Source: Desulfobacterales bacterium
Lineage (GTDB): Bacteria > Desulfobacterota > Desulfobacteria > Desulfobacterales > UBA5616
Assembly (NCBI GenBank): GCA_046483495.1
Contig: JAWODC010000092.1
Span: forward strand, 128,153-192,152
Direction of reading: 5' to 3'
Length of the DNA stretch: 64,000 nucleotides
The notes under the pieces were generated by a model. It saw nothing but the letters and a program-made list of their open reading frames with translations, searched no databases and was not told the origin of the DNA. Both the position numbers and the translations under genes were made by a program. Shown piece after piece: positions 47,487 through 55,658 of the stretch; the stretch's first letter is position 1; every line of letters begins with the position of its first letter.

Positions 47487-48869
47487 ATGGGAAAATTGTT
47501 TCTTGAAACCATACGTTCGGAGGGCCTGTCCCACCTGTCCTATATTATCGGCCATGGCGGGAAAGCGGCTGTCATCGATCCACGTCGTGACAGCCGGGTT
47601 TACGTCGATATCGCATATGAAAAAGGGGCATCGATCACCCATATTTTCGAAACCCACCGGAACGAAGACTACGTGATCGGTTCACTCGATTTGGCCGGGC
47701 GGACAGGTGCGGAAATTTATCACAGCCATGCCACCGAATTCGACTATGGAAATGCGGTATCCGAGGGAAGCCGTTTTCAGTTGGGCAGCCTCGAATTCAG
47801 GGTGCTGGAGACGCCGGGGCATACCTACGACAGCCTGTCGCTTGCCCTTGTCGACAAGAGTTTCGGGGAGGACCCTATTGCAGTCTTTACCGGCGATGCC
47901 CTGTTTATCGGAGACGTGGGCAGAACCGATTTTTTCCCCGACCGCAAGGAGGAGGTCGCCGGCCTGCTGTATGACAGCATTTTTAATAAACTACTGCCCC
48001 TTGGCGACTATGTTATTCTATATCCGGCCCATGGCGCGGGATCGGTCTGTGGCGCCGGTATGGCCGATCGCGAGTTTTCGACACTCGGATTTGAACGGCG
48101 GCATAATCCCGTGCTGCAGAAAACGGACAGGGAGGCGTTCATCCGGTACAAGGTCAACGAGCATCATTACAAGCCCCCGTATTTCAGCCAAATGGAAAAA
48201 TTCAACCGTGAAGGGGCGCCGTCCCTTTGCGAAATTCCGAAACCGCCGCCGTTGGGGCCGTCGGCATTCGAAGAGCGAATGAATAACGGCATGATTGCCG
48301 TCGATACACGAAGCGCGGAAGCCTTTGCCGGCTCCTTTATCCCCGGAAGCATCGCACTGCCGCTTGAAATGATCCCGGCATTTGCGGGATATTTTATTCC
48401 CTACGACCGGGAAATCGGTCTGATCACGTCGGGATATGAGCATGTGGACAGGGCCGTGCGCTTCCTGATCCGCATGGGCTATGATACCATCGCCGGCCAT
48501 CTCGATGAAGGGCTTCATTCCTGGCAGGTCAGCGGACGGAAATACGACCGGATTCCCGCCGTTCACGCCAAGGAGCTTGTCCGGCGTATTCAATCCAATG
48601 AAGACTTCACGCTTTTGGATGTTCGGCGGATTGACGAGGTTCAAAAGGGCCACCTGCCGGGAGCCGTTCACATCTATCTTGGAGATCTCCCGGACCGGCT
48701 GAACGATGTTCCGAAAGAGCGGCCCGTCACCACTTTTTGCGGGAGCGGTCAGCGGGCGATCATCGCCGCGTCCATTCTCAAGCAAAACGGATTTGAGCTG
48801 GTCGAGGACAGTTTAGGATCCATGGCGGCGTGCAACGTCATCGGGTGTCCGATTATAACCAAGGAATAA
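47487..48869 (+). CDS. MBL-fold hydrolase fused to two rhodanese domains (persulfide-dioxygenase-like architecture)
   Basis: 460 aa. The MBL core carries the variant metal motif ETHRNEDY and the block TPGHTYDS. The first rhodanese domain lacks Cys. The second has the active loop FCGSGQRA. Confidence 0.8.
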   Translation: MGKLFLETIRSEGLSHLSYIIGHGGKAAVIDPRRDSRVYVDIAYEKGASITHIFETHRNEDYVIGSLDLAGRTGAEIYHSHATEFDYGNAVSEGSRFQLGSLEFRVLETPGHTYDSLSLALVDKSFGEDPIAVFTGDALFIGDVGRTDFFPDRKEEVAGLLYDSIFNKLLPLGDYVILYPAHGAGSVCGAGMADREFSTLGFERRHNPVLQKTDREAFIRYKVNEHHYKPPYFSQMEKFNREGAPSLCEIPKPPPLGPSAFEERMNNGMIAVDTRSAEAFAGSFIPGSIALPLEMIPAFAGYFIPYDREIGLITSGYEHVDRAVRFLIRMGYDTIAGHLDEGLHSWQVSGRKYDRIPAVHAKELVRRIQSNEDFTLLDVRRIDEVQKGHLPGAVHIYLGDLPDRLNDVPKERPVTTFCGSGQRAIIAASILKQNGFELVEDSLGSMAACNVIGCPIITKE

Positions 48870-48878
48870 GGAAGGGGT

Positions 48879-49658
48879 ATGGACGGGTTTTCGCATGATG
48901 CATCGCACGTTTTCAGTTCCGCAGAAGAGGAGATTTATGCGCAATGGCTGAAAATTCTGGAATCCGCCGAAATCGAATATGCCGTCGGCGGGGCCTACGC
49001 GTTGGGGTTTCACACGAACATCTGGCGCAATACCAAAGACTTGGATATTTTCGTAACGCCGGCCGATCTTCGGAAAACACTTAAAACCATGCAGGAATCC
49101 GGTTTTTGGACCACCGTGAAAAACACGTCCTGGCTGGCCAAATTTCGGTCCGAAAATTACTTCATGGACCTTATTTTCGGCCTGTCCAACCACGCCAATA
49201 AAATCGATCGGTCCTGGATCGAAAATGCCGTACCGGCGGAGATCTTCGGCATTTCCTCCCGGGTGCTTCGGCCGGAGGAATTTCTGGCATCCAAGGTGTA
49301 CGTCATGCGTCGGGAACGGTTCGACGGATCCGACATCGCCCATCTCATTCGGGCGGTGAAAGGCAGGCTGAATTGGGAGCGCATCCTGGAAATTCTTCAA
49401 CAGGACCGGCAGCTGCTCTTATGGCATTTGCTCTTTTTCGATTACGTCTATCCGGGGCACTCGAACTATCTGCCGACCGATCTTATGGCGTACCTTTTCG
49501 ATAAGGCGAAGCGGCGATGGCAGGATGGAAACATCCCCAAAGAGGCGTTTTTCGGCATGCGGGTGGATCCGAAACAGTTTGAAATCGACTTGGACCGCTT
49601 CAGCTACAAGGGCGAAAAGCGGGGCCCGTTGGTGGATGAAAAAGGCAAGGAAATATGA
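48879..49658 (+). CDS. Hypothetical protein with minimal nucleotidyltransferase-fold motif
   Basis: 259 aa. VGGAYALGFHTNIWRNTKDLDIFV fits the hG[GS]-x(9-13)-DhD pattern of pol-beta-superfamily NTases. The rest is not recognised. Confidence 0.45.
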   Translation: MDGFSHDASHVFSSAEEEIYAQWLKILESAEIEYAVGGAYALGFHTNIWRNTKDLDIFVTPADLRKTLKTMQESGFWTTVKNTSWLAKFRSENYFMDLIFGLSNHANKIDRSWIENAVPAEIFGISSRVLRPEEFLASKVYVMRRERFDGSDIAHLIRAVKGRLNWERILEILQQDRQLLLWHLLFFDYVYPGHSNYLPTDLMAYLFDKAKRRWQDGNIPKEAFFGMRVDPKQFEIDLDRFSYKGEKRGPLVDEKGKEI

Positions 49659-50359
49659 AAATTGCGGCGCTTGGAGACCTGCACTACACATCACGTTCAG
49701 CCGGACTCCTGAAGCATCTGCTTAATGGGATGGAGGGCCGGGCGGATGTCCTGGTGCTTGCCGGCGATCTCACGAATATGGGGCGGATGGTCGAAATCGA
49801 ACTTCTGATCAAAGACCTTCGGCAGATTACTATACCGATTATCGCCGTGGTGGGGAACCACGACCATGAAAGTGACCAGCAGCAGGAACTGGTTCAATTG
49901 ATGGAAAAAGCGAACGTCTGTGTACTCGACTGCACATCATGTGTAATCGAGGGCATCGGATTTGTCGGATCGAAAGGGTTCTGTGGCGGGTTTGGGGAAC
50001 GCATGGTCAGTGTGTTCGGGGAGCGGGCCATCAAATCGTTTGTCCAGGAAAGCATTTCAGAAACCGAACGGCTGGCCCGGGCGCTTGCTTCGATGACGGT
50101 CAAGCGCCGGGTGGCCGTTCTCCACTATGGGCCGGTCAAGGGGACGCTCGCCGGCGAACCCGAGGAAATCATTCCGTTTCTCGGCACATCCCGGCTTGCC
50201 GAGGTCTTGGACCAGTATGGGGTGGACATGATCTTTCACGGTCACGCCCATCACGGACGGTACGAATCCAAAACCCCCGGAGGCATTCCCGTGTACAACG
50301 TCGCTCGATTCGTACTGGCGCGCGAAGGGGAGAAACCGTTTCGAATTTTCGAGATGTAA
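49655..50359 (+). CDS. Calcineurin-like metallophosphoesterase
   Basis: MKIAALGDLHY, VLAGDLTNMG, VVGNHDHE and HGHAHHG are the metallophosphoesterase motifs I-V. The ATG overlaps the upstream stop (ATGA 49655-49658). Confidence 0.75.
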   Translation: MKIAALGDLHYTSRSAGLLKHLLNGMEGRADVLVLAGDLTNMGRMVEIELLIKDLRQITIPIIAVVGNHDHESDQQQELVQLMEKANVCVLDCTSCVIEGIGFVGSKGFCGGFGERMVSVFGERAIKSFVQESISETERLARALASMTVKRRVAVLHYGPVKGTLAGEPEEIIPFLGTSRLAEVLDQYGVDMIFHGHAHHGRYESKTPGGIPVYNVARFVLAREGEKPFRIFEM

Positions 50360-50382
50360 ATTTTGGGAAAAGGAGAATGCAA

Positions 50383-50769
50383 ATGGTGAAAATAATGATC
50401 TTCACGGTGTTGGGAATGTTGTGGCTTGCCGGTTCCGTTAATGCAGGTGAACCTGCAGGAAAAAGCGAGATTCCGCGAATCTCTCCCGAATCGGCCCATG
50501 AACAGGTGCAGTCCGGTGAGGCCCTCCTCGTCTGCGCCTATGATGATGAACGATGCAGACAACTCCTCCTGGAGAATGCCATTCTCCGCAGTGAGCTGGA
50601 ATCCCGGCTTCCTTCCATCGATAAGGACCGGGAAATCATTTTCTACTGCGGCTGACCGAGCGAAAAAACGTCCGCCCGTGTGGCGGCCCAATACAGGGAA
50701 AAAGGGTACACCCATGTGAAGGCCCTTGCCGGGGGAATAGACGCCTGGAAGGCCAAGGGATACGAGTGA
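50383..50769 (+). CDS. Exported single-domain rhodanese with in-frame UGA (predicted selenocysteine) at 50653-50655
   Basis: ATG 50383 lies 7 nt after AAAGGAG. The signal peptide is MVKIMIFTVLGMLWLAGSVNA. The frame continues through TGA: ...REIIFYCG-U-PSEKTSARVAAQYREKGYTHVKALAGGIDAWKAKGYE, then TGA at 50767-50769. The post-UGA sequence is a typical rhodanese C-terminus (SARvA...GY..V..L.GG..AW). Confidence 0.7.
50670..50688 (+). promoter_or_regulatory. Candidate SECIS-like hairpin downstream of UGA 50653-50655
   Basis: CCGCC-CGUGU-GGCGG (50672-50686): 5 bp of G-C pairs, plus one more pair after a mismatch, with a G/U-containing pentaloop. The stem starts 16 nt after the UGA. Confidence 0.45.
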
Positions 50770-50851
50770 GGCCCCGGGCCGGCTCGCCGGCTTTGCGGCA
50801 GGACCTGACGTCCATGCCCTGCAAGCCTGAGCCGATGCGAAGCGGGTTTAA

Positions 50852-50894
50852 GCCGTGCTGCGGGCGGGTTTTACCCGCAGGCACGGCCGGTTTT
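50852..50894 (+). terminator. Rho-independent-type terminator between convergent genes
   Basis: gccgtgctgcggg (50852-50864) pairs with cccgcaggcacggc (50874-50887): 13 bp with one bulged G and a 9-nt loop, followed by cggUUUU. Confidence 0.55.
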
Positions 50895-50901
50895 AACCGA
50901 G

Positions 50902-51243
50902 TCAATCATTGTTCCGGTCGTAAGGCGGCTGCCGAACGCCGTGGCGGTCCTCCCAGAAATCCGGATCGTAATCGCCGTCGCCGCGTCCTTGCTCATCTTC
51001 CCAATAATCCTCCTGATCCTCTTCGTCGACACCATAGTAAGCCCTGCCGCGGCGGTCTTCCGTATCATAAGGCGGCTGTCGAACACCGTAACGGTCCTCC
51101 CAGAAATCCGGATCATAATCGCCGTCGCCGCGTTCCTGCCGATCCGCCCTACTATCGGTTCCGTCCTGTCCGAATGCGGGCATGGCGGCAAACAGCGTCA
51201 AGGCTAAAAGAGTGAAGAAAATTGACGTTAGTTGCCCTCTCAT
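50902..51243 (-). CDS. Secreted acidic repeat protein (113 aa), unknown function
   Basis: Signal peptide MRGQLTSIFFTLLALTLFAAMPAFG. The mature part carries two copies of RGDGDYDPDFWEDR(Y/H)GVRQPPYD separated by an acidic linker. Confidence 0.6.
   Translation of the reverse strand: MRGQLTSIFFTLLALTLFAAMPAFGQDGTDSRADRQERGDGDYDPDFWEDRYGVRQPPYDTEDRRGRAYYGVDEEDQEDYWEDEQGRGDGDYDPDFWEDRHGVRQPPYDRNND
50917..51132. repeat. Intragenic direct repeat, 2 x 69 bp (50917-50985 and 51064-51132), 147-bp period
   Basis: The two DNA copies are nearly identical (for example cggtcctcccagaaatccggatc[g/a]taatcgccgtcgccgcg). They encode the duplicated 23-aa module of the secreted protein. Confidence 0.85.
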
Positions 51244-51432
51244 CCTTCAAATCCTCCTTTCATGTATTTCCGTTATCCCGTTAAAGCCGCCCGTGCAGGC
51301 AAATGGGTCGCATTTCACCCCCAAAAACCAGGTAGCGCGTTCGGCCACTACTCCTTACCTATGATATTTCTTCCTAACCGGACAATACCTTCGAGAGGGT
51401 ATTCACGGATGCTGATTCCCTAACTTTTTAGG

Positions 51433-51461
51433 TTGACACAATCTGTTGTATGTTATAAAAA
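51433..51461 (+). promoter_or_regulatory. Candidate sigma-70 promoter (TTGACA ... TGtTATAAA extended -10)
   Basis: TTGACA at 51433-51438 and TATAAA at 51454-51459 (15-nt spacer), preceded by TGt (extended -10). Alternatively TAAAAA at a 17-nt spacing. It lies about 220 nt upstream of the DUF1329 gene in an AT-rich region. Confidence 0.35.
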
Positions 51462-51682
51462 ATAAATGCGATTCATGAGTTGTAATGGGTTCTATTTTTC
51501 CCCTTTATTACGCTGTCTCTTCCAACAACCTCCTATGCTACAGCACCTGAGAGAAAAAAATTATTTCATGTGATGATTTAAATGGCTTCACGATCAAAGA
51601 AGAGGGGTAAATAAATGTTGGACAGTTATTATCTAAACAGGGCATTGAATTAAAAAAAAACCGACATAGAAAGGAGTTTCCA

Positions 51683-52915
51683 ATGACCAAAAAATGGCAT
51701 ATTACAAAAATTCTTTTTATTTTTGTGCTGGCACTGGTCTCCATCTATTTTTCTTCTCGTTCGGCAGCCAGTGCTGAGCCCAAAGCTGGTGATGTTATCG
51801 ATGCCGGTAATGTCGGACAATTTAAAAATTACCTCCCCTATTTTATGGTTCGATGGGTTGAGGGATCTTGGGGATTTGAATCGCCCATCGCTATTACGGT
51901 AAAGAAGCCCGAAGATTGGCCGATAACCAGTGCATTCCGGAAAGCATCGGAGCAAAATATCGGCAAAGTCACACTCACATCCGAAGGGTTGATCGAAGGC
52001 TATACGGGTGTCGGTGTTCCTTTTCCGAATCCTAAAGAGCCGGATCTCGCACTTAAGATTATGTGGAACAAATTTTATATGGATCTGCCCGAAGACTGGA
52101 GCCTTCCGGATAGTTTCCTGGTATTTTCAAAAAGAAAGGGGGGAAGCGTTAGTGTATACAACAGCATTTATGACTGTCTCAAGTTCTCAGGCCGCACAAT
52201 ACGACCGCCCCTTCCGGAGCTTGACAATCCAAACGGTCTTTATTGGGCTACCATTCTCAATTCTAAAACGCCCCCGCTAAAAGATATGGCAACCTTAACA
52301 TGGCGATATAAAGATCCTACAAAATATGATGACATGTGGACCTATGTACCCACATTGCGGAGGACCTTGAGAATGATGTCTTCCGAGAGGGCGAACCCCA
52401 TCCAAGGTTCTCCAAGCACGTGGGATGAGATTTGGGGCTTTGATGGGCTTATCCCCCTGTTTACCTATAGGCTGCTCAGGAAAGAAAAAACGTTAATGAT
52501 AGCAAATATGCACACAACCGCCGATAAGCTCCCCGACGGGATGTACAATCATCCAATTCTCTTCGGTCAAAATGATCCCTATGAACTCGTAGACGCTTAT
52601 GTAATTGAAATCACATCCAAGGATCCCCGATACCCCAGTTCAAAGTGGGATTTTTGGGTCCGGGACAGGCACTGGGCAGGCTTTTATGCAGAGATATATG
52701 ATAAGCGAGGTGAGTTTTGGAAAAGCAATACCACTTCCTTTATCGTCAGGCCGCTCGGCAATTCAAAAACTGATTTTTACGCCCTCAGGTTGGGTGGTGG
52801 GGCTGTAGACTACAAGACCCAATATTGGACCATAAACTTTGTCGGTGATCTTAACACGAATACCGGACTAGACCAAGAGCGTTTTGATCCAAGTATTTTC
52901 GGCGGGGGATGGTAG
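51683..52915 (+). CDS. DUF1329-family exported protein (LolA-like outer-membrane lipoprotein-sorting fold family)
   Basis: 410 aa. The signal peptide (ILFIFVLALVSIYFSSRSAASA) is followed by WRYKDPTKYDDMWTYVPTLRRTLRMMSSERANPIQGS, which matches the conserved DUF1329 core. The RBS AAAGGAG lies upstream. Confidence 0.75.
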   Translation: MTKKWHITKILFIFVLALVSIYFSSRSAASAEPKAGDVIDAGNVGQFKNYLPYFMVRWVEGSWGFESPIAITVKKPEDWPITSAFRKASEQNIGKVTLTSEGLIEGYTGVGVPFPNPKEPDLALKIMWNKFYMDLPEDWSLPDSFLVFSKRKGGSVSVYNSIYDCLKFSGRTIRPPLPELDNPNGLYWATILNSKTPPLKDMATLTWRYKDPTKYDDMWTYVPTLRRTLRMMSSERANPIQGSPSTWDEIWGFDGLIPLFTYRLLRKEKTLMIANMHTTADKLPDGMYNHPILFGQNDPYELVDAYVIEITSKDPRYPSSKWDFWVRDRHWAGFYAEIYDKRGEFWKSNTTSFIVRPLGNSKTDFYALRLGGGAVDYKTQYWTINFVGDLNTNTGLDQERFDPSIFGGGW

Positions 52916-52974
52916 AAAGTCAATTCCCGAAACAGTAGATGTGAATGTGTGTAATGGGTTAGTCTCCAGAACTA

Positions 52975-55284
52975 TTAGAGATTCAGGGCGGCCCTGCCGA
53001 TCACCAGATCCTGCATGTCTTGCGGCAGTTCCACGAATCGAGCACTGAAGCCTGCAACCCGCACCAGCAAATCGGGGTATTTTTCGGGGTTTTTTCTGGC
53101 ATCCATGAGCATCTCCTGCGATAGGAGGTTGCACATCAGATGGGTCCCCCCCATGGAGACCAGGTATGTTTTAAAGAGATTGGCCAGCATTTCGGTTTCC
53201 CCGTCGATGGTCAATGTCAAGGAACCGGTCCAGCTTCTTGCGTGATCCAATTTTGCCGCTGATCGAAAAACGTCGGTCGGACCGCCGTGAAAGGCGCTTT
53301 TTGCCGGGGCGATCCCGTCACTGAGCGGCTCGTGTGCCCTTCGTCCGTCGGCCGTTGCCGCCGTGGCTTCTCCGAAGTTCAAGGCGAATGTCAGGGAGTG
53401 GAAACCGGGAATGGAAGGCCCCGGACGGTCGGGCAATATACGGCATCGATGTTTATCCGCTTCATCGAGCCAGAAGTCAGCCACTTCCAATGCCAGATCA
53501 TCGACATAGTCGTCATCGTTCCCCCATTTGGGCGCATCGTGGAGTTTTTGTCTTAACCCGGCGTATCCTTCGAAATTCCGGTCCAAGGCGTTCAGCAAAT
53601 CGGAAATGGAACTGCTCTTTTCATCGAAGATCACCTTTTTTATCGCCGCCAATGAATCGGCGGCGGTGCCCAGCCCCACGGCATGCATGCCGATCCAATT
53701 GTCTCGTCCGCCGCCGGCCAAAACATCGAGCCCCTTTTCCATACACCCCCGCACGTTGATCGACGCATACGGAAGACATGTTTCATTGCGGAGAACGGCA
53801 TCAGTAAACTCGGATTCCGTGTTCAACATCGTGATGCCGTAGGCAATCTGCTTTTTGAAGGCATCCATTACATGGTCAACATCACGAAACGTCCGGGGAT
53901 CACCCGTTGAAAGCCCGATCCGTTTGCCCGTCAGCCGGTCGACACCGTCATTAAGGGCGAGGTCCAGCATTTTTACCAGATTGACCCAGGCACTGTGATC
54001 CTTCCGGGCATATGTCGTGAAATGCTGACAGCCGTCGATCGAATAATCGCGGGCTTCTTTCAATGGTATGCCGCGGCGCAGCAAGGCCGGAATAACGGCA
54101 TCGTCGCTGTTCAGTTGGGGCCGTCCTCCGCTGACCCGCATAACGTCGATGGCGCGCTTGAGAAGGTGATCCGGCGTCTTCTTGTTGATTCTGAGTCCGA
54201 ACTGCGGCTTGGGAATGCGCACAAGTTCGAGAGCGTCGAGCAGCATATACGTCATTTCATTGGTGGCATCCTGCCCGTGTTCGGTCTGACGTCCGATGGT
54301 GATGCCGTTGACATGCGAATCGAGATCGCTGATCGGGGAGCTGTTCTCGCCGAATTTAAACAGAAAATGGGCCAGCAGTTCAACGGCTTTTTCCCGGGTG
54401 ATTACGCCTTGGTCACGATCGGTTTTGTAATAAGGATAAAGGATAGCATCCAATCCGCCCATGGATATGGAATCCCCTCCGGATTCGATGCTGCCTACAA
54501 GAAAGGCGAACCATGAGGCCTGAAGGGCTTCATAAAAAGAGCGGGCCGGGTTGGAAGGCACGTGTTCACATATGCGTGCGATTTCTTCCAGCTCCTCTTT
54601 GCGCCGATGCTCCGCGTGACGGGATGTTTCCCGCGCCAATCGAGCATAGCGCAAGGAAAAATCGGCAACCGCATCGCAGACGATTGCTATTGCCTTGTAG
54701 AAAAACTGCTTGTAGACGGCATCCGTCGATTCGAGATCGATGCTTTCAAGCTTTACTTCCGCATCCTGCTTGATGCCGGAAAATCCCTTGGCGAGAATCG
54801 TCGGCAGATCGATAAGATAGCGCCCCCTTCGATTGCCCGCAACACCCATGTGCCAATACCACAAAGAAGCCTCTCTTCCGGCTTTCACGTTTGCCGGCAA
54901 ATGCGCACACAGCCTGTCCGTGCAGTTTTTTCCATTCCAGTAAGCCATCAGGGATTCGATTTCCTGTCTGGCTTGATCCGTTATGACAGGCATCAATGCG
55001 GGATTGACGTGAAACCCCATCTGGTCGGGTGTGGCGCCGAATTCCGGCCACAGGGGAATTCCGCGAAAGAAGCTTGCCCAGTGTCCGAGCAACCGTTCGT
55101 CATCCAAAATCCAAACGCTCATGCAGTCAAGAACAGCCTCGAGCATTCGGGCCGCCCGAATGACGCCCGGTTCGGAAGCATAACGCTTGTGGGCATCCAT
55201 GGCAATCAGCGCCCTTTGGGTGCAGAGCTGGGGCTTTTTTTCCCGGTAATGCTGCAGTAAGGAAAATATTCCGCTGTTCATCAT
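52975..55284 (-). CDS. Glycyl radical enzyme (PFL2/glycerol-dehydratase-like clade), substrate unknown
   Basis: The C-terminal glycyl radical motif is LVRVAGFSARFVEL. Family blocks include GGLDAILYPYYKTD. The Cys loop reads DYSIDGCQHFTT. The start was chosen at MMNSG (ATG 55282-55284) after GGAGG; the track ORF extends to 55701 without support. Confidence 0.88.
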   Translation of the reverse strand: MMNSGIFSLLQHYREKKPQLCTQRALIAMDAHKRYASEPGVIRAARMLEAVLDCMSVWILDDERLLGHWASFFRGIPLWPEFGATPDQMGFHVNPALMPVITDQARQEIESLMAYWNGKNCTDRLCAHLPANVKAGREASLWYWHMGVAGNRRGRYLIDLPTILAKGFSGIKQDAEVKLESIDLESTDAVYKQFFYKAIAIVCDAVADFSLRYARLARETSRHAEHRRKEELEEIARICEHVPSNPARSFYEALQASWFAFLVGSIESGGDSISMGGLDAILYPYYKTDRDQGVITREKAVELLAHFLFKFGENSSPISDLDSHVNGITIGRQTEHGQDATNEMTYMLLDALELVRIPKPQFGLRINKKTPDHLLKRAIDVMRVSGGRPQLNSDDAVIPALLRRGIPLKEARDYSIDGCQHFTTYARKDHSAWVNLVKMLDLALNDGVDRLTGKRIGLSTGDPRTFRDVDHVMDAFKKQIAYGITMLNTESEFTDAVLRNETCLPYASINVRGCMEKGLDVLAGGGRDNWIGMHAVGLGTAADSLAAIKKVIFDEKSSSISDLLNALDRNFEGYAGLRQKLHDAPKWGNDDDYVDDLALEVADFWLDEADKHRCRILPDRPGPSIPGFHSLTFALNFGEATAATADGRRAHEPLSDGIAPAKSAFHGGPTDVFRSAAKLDHARSWTGSLTLTIDGETEMLANLFKTYLVSMGGTHLMCNLLSQEMLMDARKNPEKYPDLLVRVAGFSARFVELPQDMQDLVIGRAALNL

Positions 55285-55658
55285 CCGGCCTCCTTTTGTT
55301 GGGGGATATCGAACAGTAAACGTTATGGGGATCTGCATTACAGAATACGTTTTTAAGAGAGATGTCTTATTAGTCACATTATCATCACTTGCCGCCTCGA
55401 TCAAATCCTTTTCTACGTTCAGCACGTGGTATGCTCGATAATCGGCTTTTCGGCATTCGGCATGAACGGCGGTTCGAATTAAAGGAGTGTTGACAAGAGC
55501 ACCCGGAAAAGTGGTATTAAACCGAAAACGGTTGGACGGCGCCGCTCTCTTTCCCGTTGACGTTCGTTCCATGGCGCCGGCGAATGGCCCAAACCGCTTT
55601 GCCTTCGATGAGAAAGCCGAATCATTTCTTATAACGCGTGTAAAAAAGGAGTGTGGTG

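Noticed and set aside
55378-55519. Divergent sigma-70-like hexamers between the GRE and SDR genes. On the plus strand: TTGACA 55489-55494 with TATTAA at a 19-nt spacing. On the minus strand: TTGATC/GATAAT with a 15-nt spacing.
   Set aside because: The spacer lengths are non-optimal on both strands and there is no supporting evidence. They are plausible but too weak to list as features.
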